The notes under the pieces are model-generated. The model made no database searches and had not been told where the DNA came from. It worked only from the letters and a program-made list of their open reading frames with translations. From an uncultured Ignavibacteriales bacterium (GTDB taxonomy: Bacteria; Zixibacteria; MSB-5A5; GN15; FEB-12), in assembly GCA_964540105.1 (NCBI GenBank), contig CAZILL010000002.1:909102-973101 (forward strand): a stretch of DNA of 64,000 nt, given 5' to 3'. A program made the position numbers and the translations under genes. Position 1 is the stretch's first letter. The number at the start of each line of letters is the position of its first letter. This document shows, one piece after another, positions 50,081-59,834 of this stretch.

Positions 50081-51742
50081 GTGACATTCAACAATATTCG
50101 CTTTCCCTTGCTCAGACGAATGCCGTTGGTGCTGTTGCTTATTGCGCGATTGATGGCAGCTTCGTTCGTTGCGATGAGTGTATGCACTCCAGCTCTTGCC
50201 GACTGGATCAAGCCGATTGTCTCCACTCGTGCGAAAGTGGATTCGATCGAGCGAGTGCTCGTGATCCGCGATGTTGACCCGCTGCAAAGTTTCGGCAAAC
50301 GGATGCTCGGCTTGGGCAACATCGACGGCAGACCGGGGGATGAGTTACTTGTAACTAGATGGCAGGGAGGTCTCGATACCAATCGGTGTTTTATATATAG
50401 TGGCGGTCCCGGAACGGACGGGATTGTGGATCGCAGTTACCGCTATTTTGGGTGGGCCTTTGACCGCGTTGGAGACATAGATGGAGACGGATTTACTGAT
50501 TTTGGACAGCTGCATCTGCCGCTTCAATCACCGAGCAGTTTTGACATCTTCTTGGGCGGTTCCACGTTCGACGGCACCCCTGACATAGTCATACCCAACC
50601 ACAACTCATTTGCGTATCAAGCACTTGACGTTGACGGCGACGGAACATTAGAGTTGCCGGTGATGAGGGACAAGGGAGCGTACTCCGACACCATTGACCT
50701 TTACCGAGTAGGCGTTACGGTAGATTCTCTTCCCGAATACACGATAACCGACACCAGCCCGATGTTTGGGTGGACATTGTGCACCGGGGACTTTAACGGC
50801 GATGGCCTTGGTGACATAGCTGTCTCCTCTCACGTCGCAATTAACGACAATGTTCCCGGCCGAGTGCACATCTACTTTGGCGCTCGGGCATACAACACAG
50901 TTGTAGATCTGACCATTACTGGCTCAGCGTCGTTCTTCGGTGATGTTTTGTTCAACGTTGGCGACTTCAACAAGGACGGCTATGACGACTTGCTCATATG
51001 TGGAGACTCTACACGTGACGGCGTTTACTTGGGATCGGCGTCTTTTGACAGCACCCGAGACATTGTCGTGAACCAGTATCGCGGAGGTTTCGGTTACTTC
51101 TTTCCGACAAGTGTTGATCGTACCGGTGATGTGAACCACGATGGATATCCTGATTTCATCATTGGGTACGTTGACAACGTGGCTTCGCGCTATGAGGCAC
51201 ACCTGTACCTGGGTGGCAAGGATGTCAGCGCGCTTATGCCCGCTGATATTTGGATCGAGGACTACATGGTTCCGGGCTGGCAGTATCAATTTGGCGAGGC
51301 AGTGGCAGGCATAGGTGATTTCACGGGTGACGGTATTGATGACTTTGCCGTTCGGTCGAGGACGGGAAATTACCCCGAGACGTGGTACGGCGAGGTAAAC
51401 ATCTTTGCAGGTTGGGACGGTCATGCAACTGATGTCGTATTGGATGATGATGAACAGATTCCTGGGAGATTTGTACTCCAGCAAAATTACCCCAATCCGT
51501 TTAACTCATCGACTACTCTGGAGTTTGAACTGGAGACGCCCGGTTTGGTACAGCTTTCAGTGTTCAATTCTCTGGGTCAACGCATTGAGGTCCTTCTGAA
51601 TAGGCGACTTCCGATAGGCCGGCACCGCATTTCGTGGAACGGCACTGACATATCTGGAGCGCCCGTTCCGTCCGGTGTCTACTTCTACCGCCTCGACGCC
51701 GACAGCTCTTCTCAATCCCGAAAGATGATTCTGCTCAAATAA
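50081..51742 (+). CDS. Secreted FG-GAP/VCBS repeat protein with a C-terminal T9SS type A / FlgD-Ig sorting domain
   Basis: Repeats GDIDGDGFTD, GDFNGDGLGD, GDFNKDGYDD, GDVNHDGYPD, GDFTGDGIDD; CTD LQQNYPNPFNSST...SGVYFYRL...RKMILLK. Start uncertain (50081 or 50120). Confidence 0.85.
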   Translation: MTFNNIRFPLLRRMPLVLLLIARLMAASFVAMSVCTPALADWIKPIVSTRAKVDSIERVLVIRDVDPLQSFGKRMLGLGNIDGRPGDELLVTRWQGGLDTNRCFIYSGGPGTDGIVDRSYRYFGWAFDRVGDIDGDGFTDFGQLHLPLQSPSSFDIFLGGSTFDGTPDIVIPNHNSFAYQALDVDGDGTLELPVMRDKGAYSDTIDLYRVGVTVDSLPEYTITDTSPMFGWTLCTGDFNGDGLGDIAVSSHVAINDNVPGRVHIYFGARAYNTVVDLTITGSASFFGDVLFNVGDFNKDGYDDLLICGDSTRDGVYLGSASFDSTRDIVVNQYRGGFGYFFPTSVDRTGDVNHDGYPDFIIGYVDNVASRYEAHLYLGGKDVSALMPADIWIEDYMVPGWQYQFGEAVAGIGDFTGDGIDDFAVRSRTGNYPETWYGEVNIFAGWDGHATDVVLDDDEQIPGRFVLQQNYPNPFNSSTTLEFELETPGLVQLSVFNSLGQRIEVLLNRRLPIGRHRISWNGTDISGAPVPSGVYFYRLDADSSSQSRKMILLK

Positions 51743-51857
51743 CCTCTCCGGAACGTCCACGCTGTGGGTCCCCATTCCCGCATAAGGAACTGAAGGGGAG
51801 AGGTTCTTAGACCTTCTCGTCTGCCTCTTTTCCCCATTCCCGTGTCGTGAAGAGGGC

Positions 51858-53075
51858 TCAGAAGGTTAGGTTACTCGCAGCCTCGACAATCCTCTGCGTG
51901 TCGCGTGCGATCACTAACTCTTCATTCGTAGGAATAACAAGCGTGCGAACCGTCGCTCCTTCTGCCGAGATATCCATTTCCTTGCCGACCGCGCTCTTGT
52001 TCTTGTTATCGTCAATCCGTATTCCCAGATATTCCATATTCTCACACGCCAGCTTGCGGATGATCGCCGAGTTTTCCCCAACGCCGGCCGTAAATACCAC
52101 GCAATCCAGCCCGCTGAGAGCCGCCGTATACGATCCGATATACTTCTTCAGTCGATAGCAGTACATGTCGAGCGCCAGCTTCGAGTTGACATTCCCTTTT
52201 TCCGCAGCGTCGACGATCTCGCGCATATCCGACGATACTCCCGAAATCCCCGCCAGTCCCGAGTGCTTGTTCAGCAGCGTGCTGGCTTCATGCAGCGACA
52301 ACTCCTCCCGAGCCATTATGTGCAGGATGATTGCCGGATCCATGTCTCCCGACCGAGTCCCCATCAGCAGCCCTTCGAGGGGCGTAAACCCCATCGAGGT
52401 GTCAATTGAAATCCCGCGATCAATCGCCGCCACGGACGCGCCGTTCCCCAGATGACAGGTGATCATCTTCAGTTCCGTTCTCGGACGTCCCAGCATGGCC
52501 GCAGCCCGTTCGCTCACATACTGATGTGACGTCCCGTGAAATCCGTACCGTCTGATGCTGTACTTCTTATAAAACAGATATGGGATTCCGTAGATATACG
52601 CATGCGCAGGCATCTTGTAGTGAAAAGCCGTATCGAACACTGCCACTTGCGGCACATTCGGCAGGGTCTTGATGCAGGCGTTGATCCCTCGGATATTGTG
52701 CGGGTTGTGAAGCGGCGCCAGCTCGATCAACGAACGGAGCGTCGACATCAGCTCTGGTGTAATCAACACGGAATCGGTGAACTCCTCTCCGCCATGCACG
52801 ACCCGATGCCCCATCGCCCCGATTTCACTTTTGTCCTTGATCACGCCGTGGTTGGCCGAAAGCAGCATCGACACCACATATTCAATCGCGATGATGTGAT
52901 CCAGGATCTCCGCTGAGACCTTCACCTCGGGACGATCAAACGGCTTGTGGGTCAGTACCGATTCCGACATGCCGATCCGGCTCACTAACCCTTTGGCCAG
53001 TGCTACCTGAGTCTCTGTGTCAATCAGCTGATACTTCACCGACGACGATCCGCAGTTTAGAACCAGAATCTTCAT
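51858..53075 (-). CDS. ackA: Acetate kinase
   Basis: LVLNCGSSSVK, GHRVVHGG, APLHNP, YGFHGTSH, HLGNGAS, MGFTPLEG..MGTRSG, TNEEL.IA. Confidence 0.96.
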   Translation of the reverse strand: MKILVLNCGSSSVKYQLIDTETQVALAKGLVSRIGMSESVLTHKPFDRPEVKVSAEILDHIIAIEYVVSMLLSANHGVIKDKSEIGAMGHRVVHGGEEFTDSVLITPELMSTLRSLIELAPLHNPHNIRGINACIKTLPNVPQVAVFDTAFHYKMPAHAYIYGIPYLFYKKYSIRRYGFHGTSHQYVSERAAAMLGRPRTELKMITCHLGNGASVAAIDRGISIDTSMGFTPLEGLLMGTRSGDMDPAIILHIMAREELSLHEASTLLNKHSGLAGISGVSSDMREIVDAAEKGNVNSKLALDMYCYRLKKYIGSYTAALSGLDCVVFTAGVGENSAIIRKLACENMEYLGIRIDDNKNKSAVGKEMDISAEGATVRTLVIPTNEELVIARDTQRIVEAASNLTF

Positions 53076-53977
53076 CGCACCGCCTCCAGCGCCCGTTTCG
53101 CCGGAGCGCTCACGCGGTTCCCCTCGGCATCGTACTCGAAGAACCCCTTGCCGGTCTTCACCCCGAGGTGTCCCGCACGAACCAGTTTACGCAGGATCGG
53201 GCAGGGATTGTATTTGTGATCCGAAAGTTCCTCCAGCATGTTCATCATCCATGACATTACGACGTCGAGTCCCATCATGTCCGCCAAAGCGAGCGGCCCC
53301 ACATTGAAACCGAACCCGAGTTTCATCGCTTCGTCAATATCCTCCGCCGACGCCACCCCTTCCATCAGGACATGCATCGCCTCGTTCAACAGCGGCACTA
53401 TGATCCGCGTGGTTACATAGCCGGGATACTCGATGACTGTAATCCATCTCTTCTCGAGCATTTCAGCCAACTCGACCGCTTTCATAAATGTGGCTTCGTC
53501 AGTCTTCAACCCTTTCACAATCTCGACCAGTGGGATTTTGGTCACTGGATTCAGAAAATGCATCCCAATCACTTTCTGCGGGCGCGTCGTTGACGCTGCA
53601 ATTTCCGAAATCGACAGCGTGCCGGTGTTCGTCACCAGTACTGTCTCCGGAGCGCAAATAGCGTCGAGCTTCGCAAACAGAGCTCGCTTCTCTTCCAGTC
53701 GCTCATACACCGCTTCCAGCACGATCTCGGTATCTTGCACTACCGTCACATCCGACGAGGGGTAGATTCGTGCGAGGATCGCCTTCTTCTCCGACTTGGT
53801 GTATCCCCAGCGTTCAATCTCGCGGTCGATTCGCTCCCCGATCTTCTTGACCCCTTTTTCCGCCAATTTGCTGGTTCGGTCAAGCAGGGTTACCTCATTG
53901 CCTGTGATGGAAATCGCCTCTGCAAGTCCTTGTCCCATCACCCCCGCTCCAACTATTACAATCTTTGTCTTTGGCAT
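53072..53977 (-). CDS. hbd: 3-hydroxybutyryl-CoA (3-hydroxyacyl-CoA) dehydrogenase
   Basis: GAGVMGQG, EAVYE....K, GMHFLNP, GPLALAD..GLD, LGVKTGKGF. Confidence 0.85.
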   Translation of the reverse strand: MPKTKIVIVGAGVMGQGLAEAISITGNEVTLLDRTSKLAEKGVKKIGERIDREIERWGYTKSEKKAILARIYPSSDVTVVQDTEIVLEAVYERLEEKRALFAKLDAICAPETVLVTNTGTLSISEIAASTTRPQKVIGMHFLNPVTKIPLVEIVKGLKTDEATFMKAVELAEMLEKRWITVIEYPGYVTTRIIVPLLNEAMHVLMEGVASAEDIDEAMKLGFGFNVGPLALADMMGLDVVMSWMMNMLEELSDHKYNPCPILRKLVRAGHLGVKTGKGFFEYDAEGNRVSAPAKRALEAVR

Positions 53978-53992
53978 GTCATCTCTTCTCTA

Positions 53993-54010
53993 TTGTGAAA
54001 ATAGTAACAA
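53993..54010. promoter_or_regulatory. Putative Rex operator TTGTGAA-AATA-GTAACAA
   Basis: 12/14 match, lying between a minus-strand promoter (TTGCTG-N16-TATACT at 54055-54028) and the hbd start. Confidence 0.5.
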
Positions 54011-54227
54011 TCTTTCATTCCGCCTCAAGTATATATCTATCGAGTATTCCAGCAAGTGATAAAACAGACCATTCGCAATTCCGTATATCCCATTGAAGTA
54101 AATCGGCTGTTTTCAGCATTCTGCGTACAAGGAATTATGGATTATCGAAACGTTGCCGCTTGACTCGAACCAGAACTCAGCCTATGTTTGCCCTATGATC
54201 GCTGGCGGCAACATGTTGGGAGACAAC

Positions 54228-54908
54228 ATGAAATCACTTCTTAAGTCACTTCTGATCGTCGGGCTCTCTCTGGCAATAGTTGGGGGAGAGGTTCAAGCGA
54301 TCGGCAAAGTTGCCTCGCATCTCAATATGCTTGAGTTCCGTGGAGGTCTGGCCCTTCCGCACGGAGACTACGGCGGCGTCGGCACGGTGGATTTTGTTGA
54401 CCGAGACAACAATCCAATCAAACTCTCCACCAAAGAACTCTATGATCCCACCTATTCAATAGGTCTGAGCTTCGGCCAGTTGTGGCAGGATCACATCCTC
54501 TACTCGATCGGCTTCGAGTACGCCCACATCAATATCAACGATGGTTTCCTCGAGGAGTTGAGAACAGGTACTTTTCGATCATCGACACCGAGTTTCAATC
54601 AGTACGATCTTCACCTTGAAGCGAATTACCAGTTACTAATCCTAAGCAATGGTCCCTGGACTCCGTTCGCAGGTGTCTCCTTTGCCGCCGGTCTGACCGG
54701 TCAGACCGCCAAGAAAATCGCCTCGGAGTACGACGCCAATCTGGCTCTCGGTGCTACCCTTGGCGCGGAATTCAAGGTCTGGCAATCGAAGGACAGCCGC
54801 TCCTTTACCACCATCGCTTCCACAAACAGAATCGACCTGCTGGCGTCGGGTTATCGCCCGAAGTACCTGAACCTCGGTCTGAGTCTCAGATTCTATGCTC
54901 GTCCGTAA
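54228..54908 (+). CDS. Outer-membrane beta-barrel protein (OmpA-TM/OmpW-like)
   Basis: Signal peptide, WTPFAGVS, terminal YLNLGLSLRF; GGAGA RBS. Confidence 0.6.
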   Translation: MKSLLKSLLIVGLSLAIVGGEVQAIGKVASHLNMLEFRGGLALPHGDYGGVGTVDFVDRDNNPIKLSTKELYDPTYSIGLSFGQLWQDHILYSIGFEYAHININDGFLEELRTGTFRSSTPSFNQYDLHLEANYQLLILSNGPWTPFAGVSFAAGLTGQTAKKIASEYDANLALGATLGAEFKVWQSKDSRSFTTIASTNRIDLLASGYRPKYLNLGLSLRFYARP

Positions 54909-55845
54909 TTACACGCCCGCTCGTATCCTTATTATCTTTGCCGGCATTCTTGTCGTGACGACTTCCTGCAAGAAGGACCCCGCCAGCCCTCCCGTGTCTG
55001 GCTCCCCTTCGAAGCTCACTGCGGTCAACGGCAAGTATTATAAAGGGTTGATGAAGTCGACCATCCAGACCCCGCTTGTTCAGTTCAAGACATCCGATTC
55101 AAGCGGAAACCCGGTCGGCAACACCCGGATCCATCTCCGTCTGCTGGAAGGTGACGGCGTCCTATCAGTTGCGCCGGGTGACTCCACCAAGACCGACCCC
55201 ACCGGCAATGCCACCGTCACCTACAATTTCAGCGGTCTCCTCGGCCATGCCTCGCTTCGCGCTCTTCTGCCTGCGAGAGACTCTGTTGATCTCGTCATGC
55301 GCGCTAACACGATCATTATTGGTTCGCACTCTCAGGCGCAGTATATCCGTACCGGAGATACATATGCCATGGTGAAGAATTTCAACGGCCCGCCATTGGC
55401 GATTGATGTCGATCCGAACTTCTATCTGACCTATGTCGTCTACGAATCAACCCTGGGCTTGGTCCTAATCGTCGAAGACAAGAACAAGAACAATGCTGCT
55501 GAAGATACAGAGCAAGTCGTCGGACTGATCGTCAACAACAGCGGAGCGAACGGTGAGTACAAGGGGAAGACTGCCGAGGGGATCGGCCTCGGTTCGAAAT
55601 ACTCTGACATTCGCGCGGCTTACGGCCCCGCAGACAGCATCTGGGTCGACCCTACTCCACCCGCAGCGATCGTCCTGTCCTACCTCTCCGGGGCGCTCTA
55701 CATCTACTGCACAACCGCTGACACGACCGCTTTCGAAATGCACCTTGTGCCGCCCATCGCGCCCCCTGCCCTTACGCGCCGAGCGCAACTGCGAGAGACT
55801 ATTCCCCTCGTAAGTTCGACCGCTTATCGCCAATACCGCAGGTGA
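54895..55845 (+). CDS. Hypothetical lipoprotein with an Ig-like domain
   Basis: Lipobox-like TTS-CKKD; Big_1-like segment DSSGNPV...TKTDPTGNATV; C-terminal TAEGIGLGS.YSDI.AAYG motif. Confidence 0.65.
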   Translation: MLVRNYTPARILIIFAGILVVTTSCKKDPASPPVSGSPSKLTAVNGKYYKGLMKSTIQTPLVQFKTSDSSGNPVGNTRIHLRLLEGDGVLSVAPGDSTKTDPTGNATVTYNFSGLLGHASLRALLPARDSVDLVMRANTIIIGSHSQAQYIRTGDTYAMVKNFNGPPLAIDVDPNFYLTYVVYESTLGLVLIVEDKNKNNAAEDTEQVVGLIVNNSGANGEYKGKTAEGIGLGSKYSDIRAAYGPADSIWVDPTPPAAIVLSYLSGALYIYCTTADTTAFEMHLVPPIAPPALTRRAQLRETIPLVSSTAYRQYRR

Positions 55846-55940
55846 CCTAACACACTCTCCCTTTTTGTTGACAGATGCAGCACCTGAAAGATAATTTCAC
55901 GGCAAATCATTCACGAAAGAAACAGAACGAAAGGATAAGC

Positions 55941-56615
55941 ATGATCACCAACACCTTGACCGCCGTCACCATCGCCGCTTCGTTGCTCGGCGCAACTCTT
56001 TGGGCCGCCGATTCAACGGGCAACGCACCGCAAAAGGAAACCACGATGAAATCCGAATCCGCCAAGACGCCCTCCGGACCGGCCGAGAAGCGCCATCCTA
56101 TCCGCGACGCGAAGAACAAATTCGTCACCCTCGAGACCGACCTAGGGAAGTTGACCCTCGAGCTTTATCGTGATGTCGCCCCAGCGCACGCCGATTCCTT
56201 CGCCGCCCGCGCTGCCGATGGCTTCTATGCCAACACCATCTTTCACCGCATTGTCGACAATTTCATGATCCAGGGTGGAGACCCGACCGGCACCGGCACA
56301 GGAAACGCCAAGTATACTCTCAAAGCCGAGTTCAGCAAACTTCCCCACGAGGAAGGAACTCTCTCCATGGCTCGCACCAACGATCCTAATTCCGCCTCCT
56401 GCCAATTCTTCATCTGCCTCAAGAAAGTTCCACACCTTGACGGCCAGTACAGTATTTTCGGTCAGCTGGTAAAGGGGTACGACGTTCTCCACAAGATCGG
56501 TTCTGTCGAAACAGTCATGCAGCCCGGAGGAGGGGAGAAGTCCCGCCCTAAGACAGATCTGCACCTCATCAAGGCGTACCTCTCCGATGCCGAGGGGAAG
56601 CCGGTCAAGAAGTAA
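55941..56615 (+). CDS. Exported cyclophilin-type peptidyl-prolyl isomerase
   Basis: FY..TIFHRIVDNFMIQGGDP, GTLSMART..PNSASCQFFI, HLDGQYSIFGQ. Confidence 0.94.
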   Translation: MITNTLTAVTIAASLLGATLWAADSTGNAPQKETTMKSESAKTPSGPAEKRHPIRDAKNKFVTLETDLGKLTLELYRDVAPAHADSFAARAADGFYANTIFHRIVDNFMIQGGDPTGTGTGNAKYTLKAEFSKLPHEEGTLSMARTNDPNSASCQFFICLKKVPHLDGQYSIFGQLVKGYDVLHKIGSVETVMQPGGGEKSRPKTDLHLIKAYLSDAEGKPVKK

Positions 56616-56634
56616 ATTCACCGAGTCATCTAAC

Positions 56635-56671
56635 AAATGCGCTGCCCCTCTTAGTTAGGGACAGCGCATTT
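56635..56671. terminator. Putative intrinsic terminator hairpin
   Basis: AAATGCGCTGCCCCT-CTTAGTT-AGGGACAGCGCATTT. Confidence 0.6.
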
Positions 56672-56673
56672 GT

Positions 56674-56698
56674 GGAACTCGGGCGCCCACGGCTCGTT
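56674..56698 (+). promoter_or_regulatory. Putative ECF sigma promoter GGAAC-N16-CGTT for dxr-rseP
   Basis: GGAAC 56674-56678 and CGTT 56695-56698, directly after a terminator and 10 nt before ATG 56709. Confidence 0.55.
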
Positions 56699-56708
56699 AG
56701 AACCCTGT

Positions 56709-57878
56709 ATGGTCCCTCGTTCACTCGTCGTCCTCGGCTCAACCGGCTCTATCGGCCGTTCCTGCCTTGATGTCATTCAGCGCCACCCCGGTTGTTTTGT
56801 CGTCAAGGCGCTCGCTGCTCATGCCAGCGCCGAGCTTCTCATCGAGCAGTACCGCCTATTCCGGCCCGCACATCTCTGCCTGACCGACCCCAACGCCGCC
56901 GCACAAGTTTCCGCGGCCCTCGCCGACGAACCGGTGACAATCGCAAGCGGTGAGCGCGCGCTCATCGAACTGACCAAACTGGACGACGTCGACATCGTAG
57001 TCAACGCCATTGTCGGAGCGGCAGGTCTAAGAGCGTCGCTGGAGACCCTCGCCCAGGGCAGAAACCTCGCCCTCGCCAATAAGGAATCTCTCGTCACCGG
57101 CGGTCCGCTTTTCCCGCCAATCATCGAGAGAACCAAAGCCCGTATCCTTCCCATTGACTCCGAGCACTCCGCAATCTGGCAAGCACTCAATGCCGGACGC
57201 CTGCACGAAGTCAAGTGGCTCATCTTGACCGCTTCCGGCGGTCCCTTTCGAACTCTCCCGCGCGAATTGTTTGCCGACATAACCGTGGAGGAGGCGCTCA
57301 ATCACCCCACCTGGAAGATGGGTCGAAAAATCAGTATCGATTCGGCCACCATGGTCAACAAGGGACTTGAGATCATCGAGGCCGTCACCCTTTTTGGCGT
57401 GCCGTCAAAGAAGATCCGTATCCTCGTCCATCCTCAGTCGATCATCCACTCGATGGTCGAGTATGTTGATTCATCAGTCATCGCCCAGCTCTCTCAGCCC
57501 GATATGCGCCTGCCGATTTCCTACGCGCTATTCTGGCCGGATCGCGTTGGTTCAGAGTACGGACAAATCGATTGGCACACCCTTAAGTCTCTCACATTCG
57601 AACTACCCGACTACGATAAGTTCCCGCTCCTTCGCCTGGCCTTCAGAGTAGCCGAGGCGGGCGGGACTGCCCCTGCAATCTACAACGCCGCCAACGAAAT
57701 CGCCGCTGAGTCCTTCCTGAATCGACAGATCAAGTTCACTGAAATTGCCGATATTGTGACCGGGACGGTCGATGCCGTTCCCGTTGTTTCGAAACCGCGG
57801 CTGGATGACATCCTCGAAGCTGATCGCGCCGCCCGCGCGACTGCCCGAAAACTCGCGGAGAATGTTGTATGCTCATGA
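56709..57878 (+). CDS. dxr: 1-deoxy-D-xylulose 5-phosphate reductoisomerase
   Basis: LGSTGSIG, LANKESLV, PIDSEHSAI, LTASGGPF, HPTWKMG.KISIDSATM.NKGLE. Confidence 0.97.
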   Translation: MVPRSLVVLGSTGSIGRSCLDVIQRHPGCFVVKALAAHASAELLIEQYRLFRPAHLCLTDPNAAAQVSAALADEPVTIASGERALIELTKLDDVDIVVNAIVGAAGLRASLETLAQGRNLALANKESLVTGGPLFPPIIERTKARILPIDSEHSAIWQALNAGRLHEVKWLILTASGGPFRTLPRELFADITVEEALNHPTWKMGRKISIDSATMVNKGLEIIEAVTLFGVPSKKIRILVHPQSIIHSMVEYVDSSVIAQLSQPDMRLPISYALFWPDRVGSEYGQIDWHTLKSLTFELPDYDKFPLLRLAFRVAEAGGTAPAIYNAANEIAAESFLNRQIKFTEIADIVTGTVDAVPVVSKPRLDDILEADRAARATARKLAENVVCS

Positions 57879-58969
57879 ATATTGCTTCCTTCATTTTTGT
57901 TCTGGGTGTCCTTGTCTTTATCCACGAGCTCGGTCACTTCATCGTCGCGAAACGTGTCGGCATCAAAGTCGAACGTTTCTCGCTTGGTTTCCCGCCGTAC
58001 ATCTTCACCAAGACCGTCGGCGAAACCGCCTACTCCATTGGCATCATCCCGCTTGGCGGCTTCGTGAAAATGCTCGGCGAAAACCCCGACGAGGAGTCCG
58101 CGAAGAACGCTGCGACTGACACCACGGCGTCAGTCTCTCACCGCGAATTCGGCGCGAAATCGATCGGCCAGCGCGCTCTCGTCATCATCGCCGGTCCTTT
58201 CATGAACTACCTTCTCGCCATCGCCCTCTTCGTCGGCATCTTTCTCTTTGGGGGACGCCCCGTATTCGATCATGAGCGTCTCGTCGTTGGCACTGTCACC
58301 GAGAACTTCCCGGCCGCTCAGGCCGGATTGCAGACCAACGATCAGATCATCGGCATCGACGGTTACCCTATCTCCGACTTCGATTCCTTGCGCGTGAGGA
58401 TCAATAAGAAAGTCGCCGCTCCGCTCCAGCTGACCTGGGTGCGGGGCGCCGACACCATGAACGCCACCCTCACCACTCACCTCGAGGAAATCCCGGCCCT
58501 CAAGGGGGGGCTTGATTCGATCGGAATAATCGGCTTCACTCAGAAGGTTCAGGGCTACAGCTACTACAGTTTCACCGAATCCGTTCAGCGCGGCTTCGTA
58601 ACCACCCACATGATCGTCTGGGAAACTGTCAAGTTCGTTAAGAAAGCTATCTCTGGGGAAGTGTCCGCCAAGCTGATCGGCGGTCCGCTCTTCATCGCCC
58701 AGCAATCGGGCAAAGAGGCGGAAAAGGGAGCTACCAACCTCTTCTTCTTCATGGCTCTGCTGTCGGTCAATCTTGCCGTCCTCAACGTGCTCCCCATCCC
58801 GATCCTCGACGGCGGTCACCTCGTCTTCCTGGCAGTCGAACGCCTGCGCGGTCGCCCGCTGTCAGTGCGGTCCCGCACCCTTGCCCAGCAGATTGGCATC
58901 GCCTTTTTCTTTGTCATGATCATCTTTGTCACCTATAATGACATCCTGAGAATGGTCAGAGGATATTGA
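57869..58969 (+). CDS. rseP: RIP metalloprotease RseP
   Basis: HELGH, IPLGGFV, AGP..N, a PDZ domain, NVLPIPILDGG. Confidence 0.95.
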   Translation: MLMNIASFIFVLGVLVFIHELGHFIVAKRVGIKVERFSLGFPPYIFTKTVGETAYSIGIIPLGGFVKMLGENPDEESAKNAATDTTASVSHREFGAKSIGQRALVIIAGPFMNYLLAIALFVGIFLFGGRPVFDHERLVVGTVTENFPAAQAGLQTNDQIIGIDGYPISDFDSLRVRINKKVAAPLQLTWVRGADTMNATLTTHLEEIPALKGGLDSIGIIGFTQKVQGYSYYSFTESVQRGFVTTHMIVWETVKFVKKAISGEVSAKLIGGPLFIAQQSGKEAEKGATNLFFFMALLSVNLAVLNVLPIPILDGGHLVFLAVERLRGRPLSVRSRTLAQQIGIAFFFVMIIFVTYNDILRMVRGY

Positions 58970-58993
58970 GAACCTCTTCGGCCTTTCAGCGTA
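58969..58993 (+). promoter_or_regulatory. Putative ECF sigma promoter AGAAC-N16-CGTA for lepB
   Basis: Same spacing as the two GGAAC-N16-CGTT sites. Confidence 0.4.
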
Positions 58994-59048
58994 TATATGT
59001 TGAGACGGTCCACCGAAACGGGAGCCGTTGAGAAAGGACTACCGCCGT

Positions 59049-59822
59049 ATGGCCATAGACAAGAAGAAAGCCGCTCCGGCAGCCGATTCCACCCGTCGTC
59101 GCAAACCTTCCGGCGCAGAGTCCTTTTGGGATAATACCAAACAGACCCTTATCGCCATTCTCCTCGCGCTGGTCATCAAGACCTCAGTCGTGGAGGCTTA
59201 CAAGATTCCCTCGGCCTCGATGGAAGATACTCTCCTGGTCGGTGACTTCCTTCTCGCCAACAAATTCATCTACGGCGCCCGACTTCCGCTGGTCGACTGG
59301 CGCCTCCCCGCGCTTCGGGATCCCAGACGCGGCGACGTGGTCATTTTCATTTTCCCTGGTGACGGCGTCACCAAATACATCAAGCGTTGCATCGGCCAAC
59401 CGGGAGATACCATCGAAGTCAGGGATAAAGTCCTGTACGTCAACCATCAGCTATTCCCTGATCCCGAGCATTCGAAACATCAGGACACCCTGGCCACTGG
59501 ACAGCAAAAGATTTTTCCCTTTGGCCCCGACGGCCAGTTCAGCCGCGACAATTTCGGCCCCTATATTGTCCCACGCGACAGCTACTTTATGATGGGGGAT
59601 AATCGCGATAATTCCTACGACTCCCGTTTCTGGTCAGCGGTCTCACGGGATCGCATTCTGGGTAAAGCGTTGGTAATACACTGGTCGTGGGACGACAGTG
59701 AGTATCAGTCACCGTCTGTCTCTATTGCCGACCCCCTCTCCGTGCCGCGCCTGTTCATCTACAACGCTGCTCACTTCCCGCAGAAGGTACGCTGGAGCCG
59801 CTTGTTTCACCCGATTTTCTGA
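59049..59822 (+). CDS. lepB: Signal peptidase I
   Basis: IPSASMEDTL.VGD, YIKRCIG.PGD, YFMMGDNRDNSYDSRFW. Confidence 0.95.
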   Translation: MAIDKKKAAPAADSTRRRKPSGAESFWDNTKQTLIAILLALVIKTSVVEAYKIPSASMEDTLLVGDFLLANKFIYGARLPLVDWRLPALRDPRRGDVVIFIFPGDGVTKYIKRCIGQPGDTIEVRDKVLYVNHQLFPDPEHSKHQDTLATGQQKIFPFGPDGQFSRDNFGPYIVPRDSYFMMGDNRDNSYDSRFWSAVSRDRILGKALVIHWSWDDSEYQSPSVSIADPLSVPRLFIYNAAHFPQKVRWSRLFHPIF

Positions 59823-59834
59823 GGATTCTCCCCA

